Below, one piece after another: positions 51,273 to 62,466 of a stretch of 64,000 nt of DNA. The notes beneath the pieces are model-generated. The model was given only the letters and a program-made list of their open reading frames with translations, searched no databases and was not told the origin of the DNA. Origin of the DNA: an uncultured SAR86 cluster bacterium (GTDB lineage: Bacteria; Pseudomonadota; Gammaproteobacteria; Magnimaribacterales; Magnimaribacteraceae); assembly GCA_902559365.1 (NCBI GenBank), contig CACEHP010000008.1, positions 3,071 to 67,070 of the forward strand. The letters are read 5' to 3'. Every line of letters begins with the position of its first letter. Position 1 is the first letter of the stretch. The position numbers were made by a program, and so were the translations under genes.

Positions 51273-51863
51273 ATGAACAAACTCACTTCCCTCTTAAGCT
51301 TAGTAATAATTTTTATTGGGCTTTCTTGGATTGCGGGCTGTTCTCAAAATGAAAAGGAGATAAAAGTGATAACTTTTGAAACAACACTAGGCCCAATAGT
51401 AATAGAGCTTTTTGAAGAAGAAGCACCTGTAACATCAAAAAACTTCTTAGAGTATGCAGAAAGTGGTTTTTTTAATGGAACCTTATTCCACAGAGTTATT
51501 CCAGGTTTTGTTATACAGGGTGGAGGGATGGAATCCGGTATGGTTAACAAAGAAGGCAATCCCCCCATTATGAATGAAGCAAATAATGGTTTAAAAAACC
51601 TTAAGTGGTCTTTATCAATGGCTCGTACCAATGATCCTCATTCAGCGAGCTCTCAATTCTTCATCAACCTGGTAAATAATGTCTCTTTAGATCATACAGA
51701 AGAAACTATTCAAGGTTGGGGTTACGCAGTCTTTGGAGAGGTTGTCGATGGCTTTGAAACTGTTGAAGCTATTGCCTCTGCTACTACAGGTTCCTCTGGT
51801 TTTCACCAAGACGTGCCTCTCGAAGAAATTTCTATAATAGACACCAAAGTCACCACTGAATAA
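51273..51863 (+). CDS. ppiB: Cyclophilin-type peptidyl-prolyl isomerase with signal/lipoprotein N-terminus
   Basis: FHRVIPGFVIQGGG, MART..PHSASSQFFIN, WGYAVFG. Confidence 0.9.
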   Translation: MNKLTSLLSLVIIFIGLSWIAGCSQNEKEIKVITFETTLGPIVIELFEEEAPVTSKNFLEYAESGFFNGTLFHRVIPGFVIQGGGMESGMVNKEGNPPIMNEANNGLKNLKWSLSMARTNDPHSASSQFFINLVNNVSLDHTEETIQGWGYAVFGEVVDGFETVEAIASATTGSSGFHQDVPLEEISIIDTKVTTE

Positions 51864-51882
51864 ATAAATTAAAAAAGAAAGA

Positions 51883-52605
51883 ATGGCTTACTGTTTTATA
51901 TCTGATCTCCACTTACAAGAAAGTAGGCCAGATATTACTAAAGCATTTCTAGAGTTTCTTGACGATACTGCCTCTAAAGCTGAAAAGCTATATATCCTTG
52001 GAGATTTATTTGAAGCCTGGATAGGCGATGATGATCAAAATAATTTCATCTCAGAAATCCAGGCAGCCCTGCTAAAAACAAACAAGACTACAAAAATCTT
52101 TTTCCTGCATGGTAATAGGGATTTCTTGATTGGAACGAAATTTGCGTCTTCCTCTGGTTTCGAACTTCTTCATGATCCTACTATTGAAGAAATGTTTGGA
52201 AACAATGTTCTCCTAATGCATGGAGATTTACTCTGTACAGAGGATCATGATTATCAGGCCTTTAGAAAGACTAGTAGAGATCCTAAATGGCAAGATGAAT
52301 TTCTGAATAAGTCTATTCAAGAGAGGCAAGAAATTGCTCTTGATCTAAGGACCATTAGTAAAGAGGCAACTGAGATTAAGAAAGATGAAATTATGGATGT
52401 ATCTACAACTGAAGTTATTAGAATAATGGAAGAGTCTTCCGTCAATCTGCTAATACATGGCCATACACATAGGCCAAAATCTCATAATATTAAAGTCAAT
52501 GATCAGCCCGCTGAAAGGATTGTTTTAGGAGATTGGGATGCATACGGCTGGTATATATGGATGGACTCCAGCTCTTGCGAGCTAAAAAATTTTCCTATCT
52601 CCTAG
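51883..52605 (+). CDS. lpxH: UDP-2,3-diacylglucosamine hydrolase
   Basis: ISDLHL, GDLFE, GNRDF, HGD, HGHTH, LGDW; follows ppiB. Confidence 0.95.
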   Translation: MAYCFISDLHLQESRPDITKAFLEFLDDTASKAEKLYILGDLFEAWIGDDDQNNFISEIQAALLKTNKTTKIFFLHGNRDFLIGTKFASSSGFELLHDPTIEEMFGNNVLLMHGDLLCTEDHDYQAFRKTSRDPKWQDEFLNKSIQERQEIALDLRTISKEATEIKKDEIMDVSTTEVIRIMEESSVNLLIHGHTHRPKSHNIKVNDQPAERIVLGDWDAYGWYIWMDSSSCELKNFPIS

Positions 52606-53254
52606 ATACAAAAAACAACTGAAACAATAGTCCGATAATTAAAGTCAACATCCCCAAAATAACTCTTGGATCACTGTAATAGCCAATTGGTTCAACGGGG
52701 AATGCAATTGTCTTTTGTAATGCAGCAATTTTAAAAGCATGCCTATCTCTCATGTCAGGATGAGTAACTACCTCCATGAATGCTCTACGGCTTTTATATC
52801 TCATTAAAGCTGCTTGATCCCAAGTCTCTGCCCCTTCGATACCAACTATATCCATAGATTCCCAGATAGCATAACCTCCAAAGATTGGGTGTGATGCTCT
52901 TTTTAGAAGATTTGGCCACATATGCTCCATGTATCTAGACATCAGTTGATCAGCTGACTCTCCTGAATTTGCACCCTCTACATCTTCGGGATTCTTATTC
53001 ATCTCTATACTGTTCACCATAATGAATTGCCTTCCAGTATCGTGCTCCATAAACTTTCGGAGAAAATCTTTTCTTAGCTCAGATGAGATATAAAAGTCAT
53101 CTTCGGAGTCTGAAGACATTTCGAAATTTCTTAAATTTTGATCATACTTAATTAGGAAATCCTGTATTTCGTCTTCACTTAGCTTCCCTCCCATATCCGT
53201 ATACCAGAAGAAAAAGCATGCATAAATCGTTACTAAAATTAACCAAGTTTTCAT
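52595..53254 (-). CDS. Membrane-anchored hypothetical protein (DUF1330-like dimeric barrel)
   Basis: N- and C-terminal TM helices; 'WDQAALMRYKSRRAFME'. Confidence 0.55.
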   Translation of the reverse strand: MKTWLILVTIYACFFFWYTDMGGKLSEDEIQDFLIKYDQNLRNFEMSSDSEDDFYISSELRKDFLRKFMEHDTGRQFIMVNSIEMNKNPEDVEGANSGESADQLMSRYMEHMWPNLLKRASHPIFGGYAIWESMDIVGIEGAETWDQAALMRYKSRRAFMEVVTHPDMRDRHAFKIAALQKTIAFPVEPIGYYSDPRVILGMLTLIIGLLFQLFFVSRR

Positions 53255-53325
53255 ATGTACTATTATCGAATATCTTTTTTTTATTAATAGTAGGTTAAAA
53301 GCTTTACAAAATCATCCTTTAATTA

Positions 53326-53345
53326 TACTGTATATATATACAGTA
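53326..53345. promoter_or_regulatory. LexA (SOS) box, perfect consensus
   Basis: TACTGTATATATATACAGTA, 18 nt upstream of umuD. Confidence 0.95.
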
Positions 53346-53363
53346 TTAATTTATAAAACCCTT

Positions 53364-53792
53364 ATGAAAATTGACTATCTGGGCGATGCATCAGAGGAGG
53401 ATTTATCCCTTCTAGAGATCCCCTATTTTTTGAATACTGTTCGGGTAGGTTGGCCAAGTCCAGCCGATGATTATGTAGAAAGGCCTATAGATCTGAATGA
53501 ATACTTAATTAAAAATTCAGCTGCTACATATTTTGTTCGCGTAAGTGGAGATTCAATGATAAATGCACATATAGGAGATGGAGCTATCCTTGTGGTAGAT
53601 AGAAGCATAGAGCCAAGTCATAACAAAATTGTCATCGCATCAATCGATGGATCGTATGCATGCAAGCGGTTATTACTGAAACCAAAGATATGTCTCATGT
53701 CTGAAAATCCAAAATATCCGCCCATACTGATCAGTCAAGAAGAGGAGTTAGAGATAGCGGGTACAGTGATAGCCTCTATCAATCTTTACTAA
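53364..53792 (+). CDS. umuD: DNA polymerase V subunit UmuD
   Basis: GWPSPADDY, VSGDSM catalytic Ser, CKRL catalytic Lys. Confidence 0.93.
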   Translation: MKIDYLGDASEEDLSLLEIPYFLNTVRVGWPSPADDYVERPIDLNEYLIKNSAATYFVRVSGDSMINAHIGDGAILVVDRSIEPSHNKIVIASIDGSYACKRLLLKPKICLMSENPKYPPILISQEEELEIAGTVIASINLY

Positions 53793-53795
53793 GCT

Positions 53796-55052
53796 ATGAC
53801 TTTCGCTCTAGTTGACTGTAATAGCTTTTATGCATCCTGCGAAAGGATATTTAGACCAGATATAAAAAAACGACCTGTGGTGGTTTTATCAAATAATGAT
53901 GGTTGTGTAGTTGCTTTATCTAAAGAAGCAAAGCAACTAGGAATAAAGATGTGTGAACCTTGGTTCAAAATAGAAAAGTCCTTCTTAAAGAAAGGAGGAG
54001 TAGCTTTCTCTTCAAATTATGAACTGTATGCAGATGTATCATCAAGGGTAATGCAAACCTTAGAATATCTAGCTCCAGAGGTAGAGGTTTACAGCATAGA
54101 TGAAGCATTTTTAGATATTACAGGGTTAAGAGACTATGAAGAATTTGGTTATCAATGCAAGGAAACGATAGATCGCTGGGTGGGGATACCTGTTTGTGTT
54201 GGTATAGGCCCTACAAAGACTTTAGCAAAAGTAGCAAACTATGGTGCTAAACACTATCCTGCAACTAAAGGTGTAGTGGATCTAACAGGTGAGGATAGAC
54301 GAAAAAAATTAATGGCTCTAATGCCGGTTAGAGAAGTATGGGGAGTTGGTAGCAGAATTAATAAAAAGCTAAACAGCCTTGGAATAAAAACTGCCTTAGA
54401 TCTAGCAGAGGTAGATACAAAATTAATAAAAAGAAAATTTAGTAGCGTCCTCGAGAGGACTGTAATGGAATTAAAAGGATATCCATGCATAGGCTTAGAG
54501 CAGCAGCCAAAGACAAAAAAACAAATAGTAGTGAGCAGAACTTTCAGCAAGAAGGTTAATGATCTTGATTCTATTAATGAAGCTGTCAGTGATTATGCAT
54601 CTCGTGCATGTGAAAAGTTAAGAAGAGAAGATCAGTATTGCAAAATGGTCTCTGTTTTCATGAGAACTAACTATTTTCGAAAACAAGATCAGCAATACCA
54701 TGGATTCAGAAGTTATAAGTTATTTTCTCCAACAAATGATACTAGGGATATTTTGAATGCTACAAGACAGCTAACAAAACAAATCTTCAAAACTGATATT
54801 AATTTTAATAAGGCAGGTGTAATGCTAAGCGATTTTTATGATGAAGACGTATATCAAGGTGATCTATTTAGAACAAGAGAAGAAAGAGTCAATAGCAAGG
54901 AATTAATGAAAACAATTGATAAAATAAATTCTTCTGGAGTTGGAAAGATAACATTTGCTTCTCAAGGAATCACAAAATCATGGTCTATGAGAAGATTATT
55001 AAAATCACCTCGATATCTTACAAGTTGGGAAGAGATGCCGATCGTGAGGTAG
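53796..55052 (+). CDS. umuC: DNA polymerase V subunit UmuC
   Basis: DCNSFYASCE, LSNNDGC, YSIDEAF, C-terminal SPRYLT.W. Confidence 0.95.
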   Translation: MTFALVDCNSFYASCERIFRPDIKKRPVVVLSNNDGCVVALSKEAKQLGIKMCEPWFKIEKSFLKKGGVAFSSNYELYADVSSRVMQTLEYLAPEVEVYSIDEAFLDITGLRDYEEFGYQCKETIDRWVGIPVCVGIGPTKTLAKVANYGAKHYPATKGVVDLTGEDRRKKLMALMPVREVWGVGSRINKKLNSLGIKTALDLAEVDTKLIKRKFSSVLERTVMELKGYPCIGLEQQPKTKKQIVVSRTFSKKVNDLDSINEAVSDYASRACEKLRREDQYCKMVSVFMRTNYFRKQDQQYHGFRSYKLFSPTNDTRDILNATRQLTKQIFKTDINFNKAGVMLSDFYDEDVYQGDLFRTREERVNSKELMKTIDKINSSGVGKITFASQGITKSWSMRRLLKSPRYLTSWEEMPIVR

Positions 55053-55054
55053 CA

Positions 55055-55642
55055 TTAAAGGCCGCTATGAAATCTAAAGAGGTTGTCTTTTTTATTTATA
55101 AAGTCAGATTCAATTGCGGATATATGGGAAAGCCTTTGTGACCAATCCTCATTATAGATAGTAGTATAGAGATCTAAGTAAAGATCACAGTGACGAGCTT
55201 CAGCCTCATATAACTTGGAGTAAAAATTCTTAAGCATGGGGGGGAGATGAGGAATTAAGGCATGAAACCTTTCACAAGAGCGAGCTTCTATCAATGAGCA
55301 AACAATAAATGTGTCCTTCAATCTCTCCGGTTCTTTAGAAGAGCAAGAATCATATAAAGTTTTAGCGTATTTACCTGACTTCAAATTCTTATACTTGAAT
55401 CCAAGCTTATTCATAATCCTAAGCACTTGCTCAAAGTGTAGTAACTCTTCTCTAGCAAGGGGTGAGAGGGACTTTGCTAAATTAAAATGTGGATACTTAT
55501 GTATTAAAGAAATAGCTGTTGTAGCAGCCTTTTTTTCACAATGTGCATGGTCTATTAAAAGAATTTCTAAAGAATCTAAAGCTTTTTCTATCCAAGCTTC
55601 AGGTGTAGGAGAGCTAAGAATAGTTTCCCAAGTATTAGACAT
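55055..55642 (-). CDS. miaE: tRNA-(ms2io6A)-hydroxylase MiaE
   Basis: DHAHCEKKAA, EELLHF, IEARSCERF, EARH di-iron motifs. Confidence 0.92.
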   Translation of the reverse strand: MSNTWETILSSPTPEAWIEKALDSLEILLIDHAHCEKKAATTAISLIHKYPHFNLAKSLSPLAREELLHFEQVLRIMNKLGFKYKNLKSGKYAKTLYDSCSSKEPERLKDTFIVCSLIEARSCERFHALIPHLPPMLKNFYSKLYEAEARHCDLYLDLYTTIYNEDWSQRLSHISAIESDFINKKDNLFRFHSGL

Positions 55643-56090
55643 TAAAGTACTTCTCGGTGTTGAAGTATCTCTGGTAATGGGCTTCAGATAATTTGAAAAG
55701 CTCCTCTTCCATAACTTTTTTCAGTTCAGAAAGATTTGATACTGAATCATCTTTTAACTCAAAACCAAAATCATTAGTGTTAACGATAGATTGGCTACCT
55801 GAGCGAAGAAGATCAAATATCCAACATAGTGGATCATTATCCTCATCAAATTTTATCTTGTATTCGAGTAATTGAGACTGAAGTAGACCTTGATCAATGA
55901 TACGAATCTTAGATTTCATAATTTGAACTTTTAATAATTCAAGCCTATTAAGTACAGATCTTTTTGCTGCATCATCGTAACCATTCCACTGTATTATTTC
56001 ATGCTGAAACCTTTTACAGCCTCTACAAACCTCATCTCCAAAGACTGTAGAGCAGACGCCTATGCATGGAGTTTTTACTGACTTACTCAT
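55635..56090 (-). CDS. DUF1289 family protein
   Basis: TPCIGVCS..GDEVCRGCKR...EIIQW. Confidence 0.85.
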   Translation of the reverse strand: MSKSVKTPCIGVCSTVFGDEVCRGCKRFQHEIIQWNGYDDAAKRSVLNRLELLKVQIMKSKIRIIDQGLLQSQLLEYKIKFDEDNDPLCWIFDLLRSGSQSIVNTNDFGFELKDDSVSNLSELKKVMEEELFKLSEAHYQRYFNTEKYFNV

Positions 56091-56186
56091 CGATTATCAT
56101 GATATATCTATGCAACTTCAAAGCAACTTTAAATTGAAGATTATGATAATATGCCGCACCAAATATAAACTTCAACTTAAATTATC

Positions 56187-58766
56187 ATGCTAGAAAATTA
56201 CAAGGAACATGTAGAAGAAAGATTGAGTCAAGGCATCCCTCCCCTACCCTTGAATGCCGAACAGGTTTCTGAGCTCGTAGAGCTTTTAAAATCTCCCCCA
56301 AGTGGTGAAGAAGAATACATATTAGACCTCATTACAAATAGAACTCCTGCTGGAGTTGACCCTGCAGCTTACGTGAAAGCTGCCTTCTTAACAGCAATTG
56401 CTAAAGGAGAGGCCAACTCACCACTCATTGATAAAAAACATGCTACCGAGCTATTAGGAACAATGTTGGGTGGCTATAATGTGGAATCACTAATAGGCTT
56501 ATTAGAAGATAAAGAAGTAGGTTCTATAGCAGCCGAGGGCTTAAGCAAAACCCTTTTAATGTTTAATGCCAAGCACGATGTAATTGAATTAGCTAAGAAA
56601 AATGAAAATGCTCAAAGAGTTGTTGATTCTTGGTCTAATGGTGAATGGTTTACAAATAAACCAAAACTTCCAGAAGTAATTAAAGCAATAGTCTTTCGTG
56701 TTGAAGGAGAAATTAATACTGATGACTTGTCTCCTGCTCCAGATGCACCCTCTAGACCTGATATCCCACTTCATGCTCTTGCAATGTTAAAGAAGACCAT
56801 GGATGATCCAATAGGAACTATTGAAAAGTTAAAAGAATCAGGCCTTCCGGTAGTTTTTGTCGGCGATGTGGTAGGAACAGGCTCTTCAAGAAAATCAGCT
56901 ACAAATTCACTTTTATGGCATATAGGAGAGGATATCCCCTTCATCCCAAATAAAAAGCAAGCAGGTATATGTATAGGCGGCAAAATAGCTCCTATATTCT
57001 TCAATACTCTAGAGGATTCTGGAGCTCTAGCTTTTGAGTGTGATGTTAGCAAAATAAATTTAGGGGATGTAATAGAAATTTATCCATATGAGCAGAAAGT
57101 TGTTAACTTCGATACAAAAGAGGTTTTATGTAACTACGAATATAAATCTAATACATTATTAGATGGAGTGAGGGCTGGTGGCAGAATACCTCTCATTATT
57201 GGTAGAAGCCTCACAGATGAGACAAGAGAAATTCTTAAGTTAAACTCTTCAGAAGTCTTTGTTCGTCCTGAGGAAGCGGAAAAAAGTGAAAAAGGTTATA
57301 CACTTGCACAAAAGATGGTCGGAAAAGCCTGCGGAGTTGAAGGAATAAGGCCTGGCATATACTGTGAACCAAGAATGTCGACCGTTGGTAGTCAAGATAC
57401 CACAGGCCCCATGACAAGAGATGAATTGAAAGAGTTAGCTTGTTTAGGCTTTAACTCAGATTTGGTGATGCAATCTTTCTGTCACACCGCCGCTTATCCA
57501 CTACCTAAAGACATAGAAATGCAGCATACTCTTCCAGAGTTCATCCAAACTAGAGGTGGGGTAGCTCTAAGGCCTGGAGACGGAATTATTCATTCTTGGT
57601 TAAATAGAATGTTGCTTCCAGATATGGTGGGCACTGGGGGAGACTCTCATACCCGTTTTCCACTAGGAATAAGTTTTCCAGCCGGATCTGGTTTAGTTGC
57701 TTTTGGAGCAGCTTTGGGAGTTATGCCCCTGGATATGCCTGAATCTGTTTTGGTTAGATTTAAAGGGGAAATACAACCAGGAATTACATTAAGAGATTTA
57801 GTAAATGCCATCCCTTATGCTGCCCTGCAATCAGGTCAACTGACACTACCTAAAGAGGGTAAGGTAAATATATTTTCTGGCAGATGTTTAGAAATAGAAG
57901 GTTTACCCGACTTAAAAGTTGAACAAGCCTTTGAATTGTCTGACGCTTCTGCTGAAAGATCAGCTTCAGGATGCACAATAAAACTCAATGAGGAGCCAAT
58001 TAGAGAATACTTAGAATCTAACATTACTCTTTTAAGATGGCTTATTTCAGAAGGTTATGAAGATAAAAAGACATTGGAGAGAAGAGCGCAAGCCATGGAA
58101 GCTTGGCTAGAGAATCCTATACTTATGGAAGCTGATGATGATGCTGAGTATGCTGCTGTTATTGAAATAGATCTTAATGAAATAAAAGAACCTCTTTTAG
58201 CATGTCCAAATGACCCAGATGATATAAAAACTTTATCTGAAGTTGCTAACACTCATATTGATGAAGTCTTCATTGGGTCTTGTATGACAAATATAGGTCA
58301 CTTCAGAGCTGCAGGTAAATTATTGGAAAATACATCAGAGCTACCCTCAAAACTATGGGTCTCACCTCCAACAAAAATGGACAAACATCAACTTACTCAA
58401 GAAGGATATTATGAAATATTTGAAAACGCTGGCGTGCAATTAGAAATGCCAGGTTGTTCTCTATGTATGGGGAATCAGGCTAGAGTAGAAGCAGAAGCAA
58501 CTGTGGTATCTACTTCAACTCGCAACTTTCCTAATAGATTGGGAGATGGTGCAAATGTATTCCTAGCCTCAGCAGAGGTTGCGGCTATATCTGCCACACT
58601 GGGACACATACCTACTGCAGAAGAATACTCAAATTATATGTCAGAAATAAATTCGATGGGTGCAGATGTCTATAGATATCTTAATTTTCATGAGATAGCA
58701 TCCTATAAAGAAGCTGCTAATGCAGCAATTTTGCCATCTATTACTATAGAGGAAGTAAAGAGTTAG
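56187..58766 (+). CDS. acnB: Aconitate hydratase B
   Basis: [39 protein letters not shown]. Confidence 0.98.
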   Translation: MLENYKEHVEERLSQGIPPLPLNAEQVSELVELLKSPPSGEEEYILDLITNRTPAGVDPAAYVKAAFLTAIAKGEANSPLIDKKHATELLGTMLGGYNVESLIGLLEDKEVGSIAAEGLSKTLLMFNAKHDVIELAKKNENAQRVVDSWSNGEWFTNKPKLPEVIKAIVFRVEGEINTDDLSPAPDAPSRPDIPLHALAMLKKTMDDPIGTIEKLKESGLPVVFVGDVVGTGSSRKSATNSLLWHIGEDIPFIPNKKQAGICIGGKIAPIFFNTLEDSGALAFECDVSKINLGDVIEIYPYEQKVVNFDTKEVLCNYEYKSNTLLDGVRAGGRIPLIIGRSLTDETREILKLNSSEVFVRPEEAEKSEKGYTLAQKMVGKACGVEGIRPGIYCEPRMSTVGSQDTTGPMTRDELKELACLGFNSDLVMQSFCHTAAYPLPKDIEMQHTLPEFIQTRGGVALRPGDGIIHSWLNRMLLPDMVGTGGDSHTRFPLGISFPAGSGLVAFGAALGVMPLDMPESVLVRFKGEIQPGITLRDLVNAIPYAALQSGQLTLPKEGKVNIFSGRCLEIEGLPDLKVEQAFELSDASAERSASGCTIKLNEEPIREYLESNITLLRWLISEGYEDKKTLERRAQAMEAWLENPILMEADDDAEYAAVIEIDLNEIKEPLLACPNDPDDIKTLSEVANTHIDEVFIGSCMTNIGHFRAAGKLLENTSELPSKLWVSPPTKMDKHQLTQEGYYEIFENAGVQLEMPGCSLCMGNQARVEAEATVVSTSTRNFPNRLGDGANVFLASAEVAAISATLGHIPTAEEYSNYMSEINSMGADVYRYLNFHEIASYKEAANAAILPSITIEEVKS

Positions 58767-60244
58767 TTGATTTGTCTTGAGATTTTGGATTTATCATTAC
58801 GCACATCTTCCAAATTCTTCAAATATTTGTCGTCAATATCGTCAGTGACATACTTGCCATTAAATATCGAACATTCGAATTGCTTAATGTCCTCATTACC
58901 CTTTTGGGCAGCCATGATCAGATCTTCTAAATCTTGATAAATTAGCCAATCGGCTTTTATAAACTCTTCTATCTCTTCTTCTGATCTTTTGTGCGCGACT
59001 AACTCTGTAGTAGCTGCCATATCTATACCGTAAACATTTTGATATCTAATTGGTGGAGCAGCTGAAGCAAAATAAACCTTCTTAGCTCCAGAAGATCTGG
59101 CCATTTCAATTATCTGCCTACTGGTCGTTCCTCGAACAATTGAATCGTCAACCAATAAAACAACCTTATCTTGAAATTCAAGATCTATAGGATTTAATTT
59201 TTGCTTAACTGACTTTTCGCGCTTTTCTTGAAAAGGCATGATAAAGGTCCTACCAATATACCTGTTCTTAACAAAACCTTCTCGATACTTAACTCCTAAA
59301 GTTGTAGCAAGTTGTAGTGCTGAAGTTGTGCTGCTATCAGGAATTGGGATCACAACATCGATATCATGTTCAGGTCTTTGATTCATTATCTTATTAGCTA
59401 GATATTCTCCCATTCTTAATCTAGATTTATGAACGGAAATCTTGTCTATCTTTGCATCAGGCCTTGCAAGATATACATACTCAAAAATACAAGGGGTAGG
59501 AATAGGGTTATTTATACAGGATTCGCTTTCTATTTCTCCCTCTGCACTAATAAATACAGCAGAACCCGCAGGAATATCATCAATAATCTCGTAGCCCAGA
59601 GAATCTAAAACGGTGCTCTCAGATGCAATCATGTAATCCTTGCCAATTAAGTCATTCTCTTTTGAACCAACAATTAGAGGTCTTATACCAAATGGATCCC
59701 TAAATCCTACAATACCGATACCATTGATCATAATTACGACTGAATAAGCGCCTCTTACTCTTTTATGCAATGATCTGACTGCAGCAAATATCTCTTTTGA
59801 TCCCGGTTTTACTGAACCTTGTTTCTGTAATTCATGAGCAAATACGTTTAATAAAACTTCACTATCAGAATCAGTATTTAAATGTCTTAGGTCTTTGTTA
59901 ACTAAAGTCTCTCTCAATTCCTCAATATTTGTAAGGTTACCATTATGAGAAATACTGATTCCAAAGGGAGAGTTAACGTACATTGGCTGCGCAAGCTCTC
60001 TATCCTCACTACCTGCAGTTGGATATCTGACATGGCCTATACCCATCTGCCCTCTTAGGGTCAGTATGTGTTGGTTTCTAATGACATCTCGAACTAGACC
60101 AAGTTGTTTACGAATAAAGAATCTATTGTTAGTTGATGTGGCTATACCAGCTGCATCCTGTCCTCTATGTTGCAGTATGGTTAATGCATCATATATTAGA
60201 GGAGAAACCTCTGTTTGACTTACTATTCCAACTACGCCGCACAT
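58763..60244 (-). CDS. purF: Amidophosphoribosyltransferase
   Basis: MCG N-terminus, [16 protein letters not shown]. Confidence 0.98.
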   Translation of the reverse strand: MCGVVGIVSQTEVSPLIYDALTILQHRGQDAAGIATSTNNRFFIRKQLGLVRDVIRNQHILTLRGQMGIGHVRYPTAGSEDRELAQPMYVNSPFGISISHNGNLTNIEELRETLVNKDLRHLNTDSDSEVLLNVFAHELQKQGSVKPGSKEIFAAVRSLHKRVRGAYSVVIMINGIGIVGFRDPFGIRPLIVGSKENDLIGKDYMIASESTVLDSLGYEIIDDIPAGSAVFISAEGEIESESCINNPIPTPCIFEYVYLARPDAKIDKISVHKSRLRMGEYLANKIMNQRPEHDIDVVIPIPDSSTTSALQLATTLGVKYREGFVKNRYIGRTFIMPFQEKREKSVKQKLNPIDLEFQDKVVLLVDDSIVRGTTSRQIIEMARSSGAKKVYFASAAPPIRYQNVYGIDMAATTELVAHKRSEEEIEEFIKADWLIYQDLEDLIMAAQKGNEDIKQFECSIFNGKYVTDDIDDKYLKNLEDVRNDKSKISRQIN

Positions 60245-60259
60245 ATCTTCTATTCTATA

Positions 60260-60787
60260 TCAAAGTGTTATTTTGGAATTATCTTTCTGAAGAATAGTAT
60301 CAGCTTTATTAATCCATTCATCAAAAACTGGTTTCGAATATTCATAAAACTTTATTGAGTATATTCTTGAATAAGAATCCATCCACCATTTATTTGTATC
60401 TAAATAACTCAGATTAAAAATAAAGATACTACTCAATACAGCAACAGTCTTTAGACCCCCAAAGAACATACCCAATAACTTGTCTAAGCCCTTTAAGCCT
60501 ATGGCATTCAAAAATTTGGAAACTATAGATCCGATTATTTTAAGTGTTATAAAAGAGATCAGAAAAAGTAAGATAAAACTAATAATATTTTTTATTGAAT
60601 CAGTCTCAATGAATTCTTGTACGTATGGGAAAAGAAGTGGTCCGTATAACCAAGAAAAAGCTAAAGAGACAATCCAAGCAGCAGCTGAGAATAATTCTTT
60701 TATAAAACCATTAAAAAAACCTGTTATGCCAAAAACTGCAATTAAAGTAATTGATACCCAGTCTATCAATGCCAACTCTTCAATCAT
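60260..60787 (-). CDS. cvpA: CvpA family membrane protein
   Basis: GFFNGFIKE, LDKLLGMFFG; upstream of purF. Confidence 0.88.
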   Translation of the reverse strand: MIEELALIDWVSITLIAVFGITGFFNGFIKELFSAAAWIVSLAFSWLYGPLLFPYVQEFIETDSIKNIISFILLFLISFITLKIIGSIVSKFLNAIGLKGLDKLLGMFFGGLKTVAVLSSIFIFNLSYLDTNKWWMDSYSRIYSIKFYEYSKPVFDEWINKADTILQKDNSKITL

Positions 60788-61232
60788 ACCTTACAACTTC
60801 TGGATTGAATCTCTGAAGATTGGAAATTTCCTTCTGGATTTCTAATGAATCTTCCCTATTTAGGTTGGGCCCAATAAATAAAGAATAATTGAGTTTATCT
60901 TCGCCATCATATAGCGAATAAACTTTGTATCCTATTTTCTTTAGTTCGTTCAAATCACTTTCTAATTCTTTCAAATCATTGTAAGAACCAACTTTAACCG
61001 TCCAAGCTGGGGGAAAACTCGTTCTAATGTCATCTTGCAGAGTATTAATATCGATGTCTGAAGGCTCTGCTTCAGATAAATTATCATCAAGAGCAATATT
61101 GAGATTTATCTCTGGAAGATCATTTGAAAAATTAGTTTGGTCAGTTTCTTCAAAACGTACAGGCTCAATTACAAAAGATAAAAAAATGAAAATACTGATA
61201 AATAGTAATAAAGAATAATTAATTAACTTCAC
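60780..61232 (-). CDS. dedD: SPOR-domain cell division protein (DedD-like)
   Basis: N-terminal TM helix, WTVKVGSY...IGP SPOR domain; folC-dedD-cvpA synteny; GTG start. Confidence 0.75.
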   Translation of the reverse strand: MKLINYSLLLFISIFIFLSFVIEPVRFEETDQTNFSNDLPEINLNIALDDNLSEAEPSDIDINTLQDDIRTSFPPAWTVKVGSYNDLKELESDLNELKKIGYKVYSLYDGEDKLNYSLFIGPNLNREDSLEIQKEISNLQRFNPEVVRYD

Positions 61233-62464
61233 AGCTGACTTTTTAATTTTTCTAAAGCTTTATAAGCCTCACTAACTGTTATGAAAGAACCAAAAACAAT
61301 TTGAGGCGTGCCTTCATGGTAACCTCTTTCAACGGCTGAATAAACTGTATTCAGTTTATTGATTTTAGTCTGTGTAAGGCTTTCAGTTAGCTCCGTCAAA
61401 GATTCAGCATCAAATCTATCATCAGAAATAGAGCAAATATTCCACTCACCAATTAAGTGGGATATTTCCTTTATGATTGAGACATTATCTTTGTCGTTCA
61501 TAGAAGAAAATATTGCACTAAATTTTGTATCTTTATAGTTCTTAGCAACAAAGGATATAAGGTTTTTTACTGAAGCCGGGTTATGTGAAACATCTAATAT
61601 AAAATTATCAATCACATCACATCTTCCTTTTAAATTTGTTCTTTCAATAATCGATTTGAAGTCTATATCTTCTTCGCTCAAAAGCTGGAATGCAGTAATG
61701 GCACTTGCGGCTGATTCTCTATTTAGATTTCCATAAGGTAGGCCTTTTATCTCGAAATGTTTATCTAAAAAATTATAGGACCAACCTGAGTCATGTTCCT
61801 GGATCAGGAAATCATTGTTGAGTTGATAATAGGTGCAAGTTTTTTTAGCTTTAGATATTACAGATGCAGGCATTATCCCCGAACCCAAAATAGCCAACTT
61901 TCCTGGTTTAAGGATAGCAGCCTTTTGATGCCCTATTTCTTCTAGAGACGAGCCAAGCCATTTCTCATGATCTAGTTCTATATTTGTGATAATAGATAAG
62001 TCTGCATCAATAAGATTAACAGGGTCATACTTTCCTCCGATACCAATTTCCAGAATAGCTATATCTAGATCTTCTTTCGAAAAAATATCAAAAGCGGTAA
62101 GAGTGGCGAAGTCAAAGTATGTTAGACGTATTTTGTTCTTAATTTTATCTATTTTCTCAAAAGATTTAATAATCTCTTCATCAGAAGATAAAACATTATT
62201 AATCTTAATTCTTTCATTAAATTCAATTAAATGAGGAGAAGTATAAACTCCTACTTTTTTTCCAGAAGCTATAAAAAAGTTTTTAAGATATTCTGCTGTA
62301 GTGCCTTTGCCGTTGGTTCCTCCAATTAAAATAGTCTTTTTTGCTATTGGCCTTTTGACGATTTCTAAAAATATTCCCTGTAACCTTTCTAAACCAAAAT
62401 CACCCTCGTTTGGTCTGTTAGAATTTATATAAGCTAGCCAATCAGATAGAAGATCGGAATTCAT
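61229..62464 (-). CDS. folC: Dihydrofolate/folylpolyglutamate synthase
   Basis: GTNGKG, TSPHL..FNERI, LEIGIGG, DVSHN, FGSF. Confidence 0.95.
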   Translation of the reverse strand: MNSDLLSDWLAYINSNRPNEGDFGLERLQGIFLEIVKRPIAKKTILIGGTNGKGTTAEYLKNFFIASGKKVGVYTSPHLIEFNERIKINNVLSSDEEIIKSFEKIDKIKNKIRLTYFDFATLTAFDIFSKEDLDIAILEIGIGGKYDPVNLIDADLSIITNIELDHEKWLGSSLEEIGHQKAAILKPGKLAILGSGIMPASVISKAKKTCTYYQLNNDFLIQEHDSGWSYNFLDKHFEIKGLPYGNLNRESAASAITAFQLLSEEDIDFKSIIERTNLKGRCDVIDNFILDVSHNPASVKNLISFVAKNYKDTKFSAIFSSMNDKDNVSIIKEISHLIGEWNICSISDDRFDAESLTELTESLTQTKINKLNTVYSAVERGYHEGTPQIVFGSFITVSEAYKALEKLKSQL

Positions 62465-62466
62465 TT

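Noticed and set aside
56092-56150. Imperfect inverted repeat (ATTATCAT...ATGATAAT) and GCAACTT direct repeat upstream of acnB as a Fur or other operator
   Set aside because: Half-sites are too far apart for a Fur box and such matches are expected in AT-rich DNA
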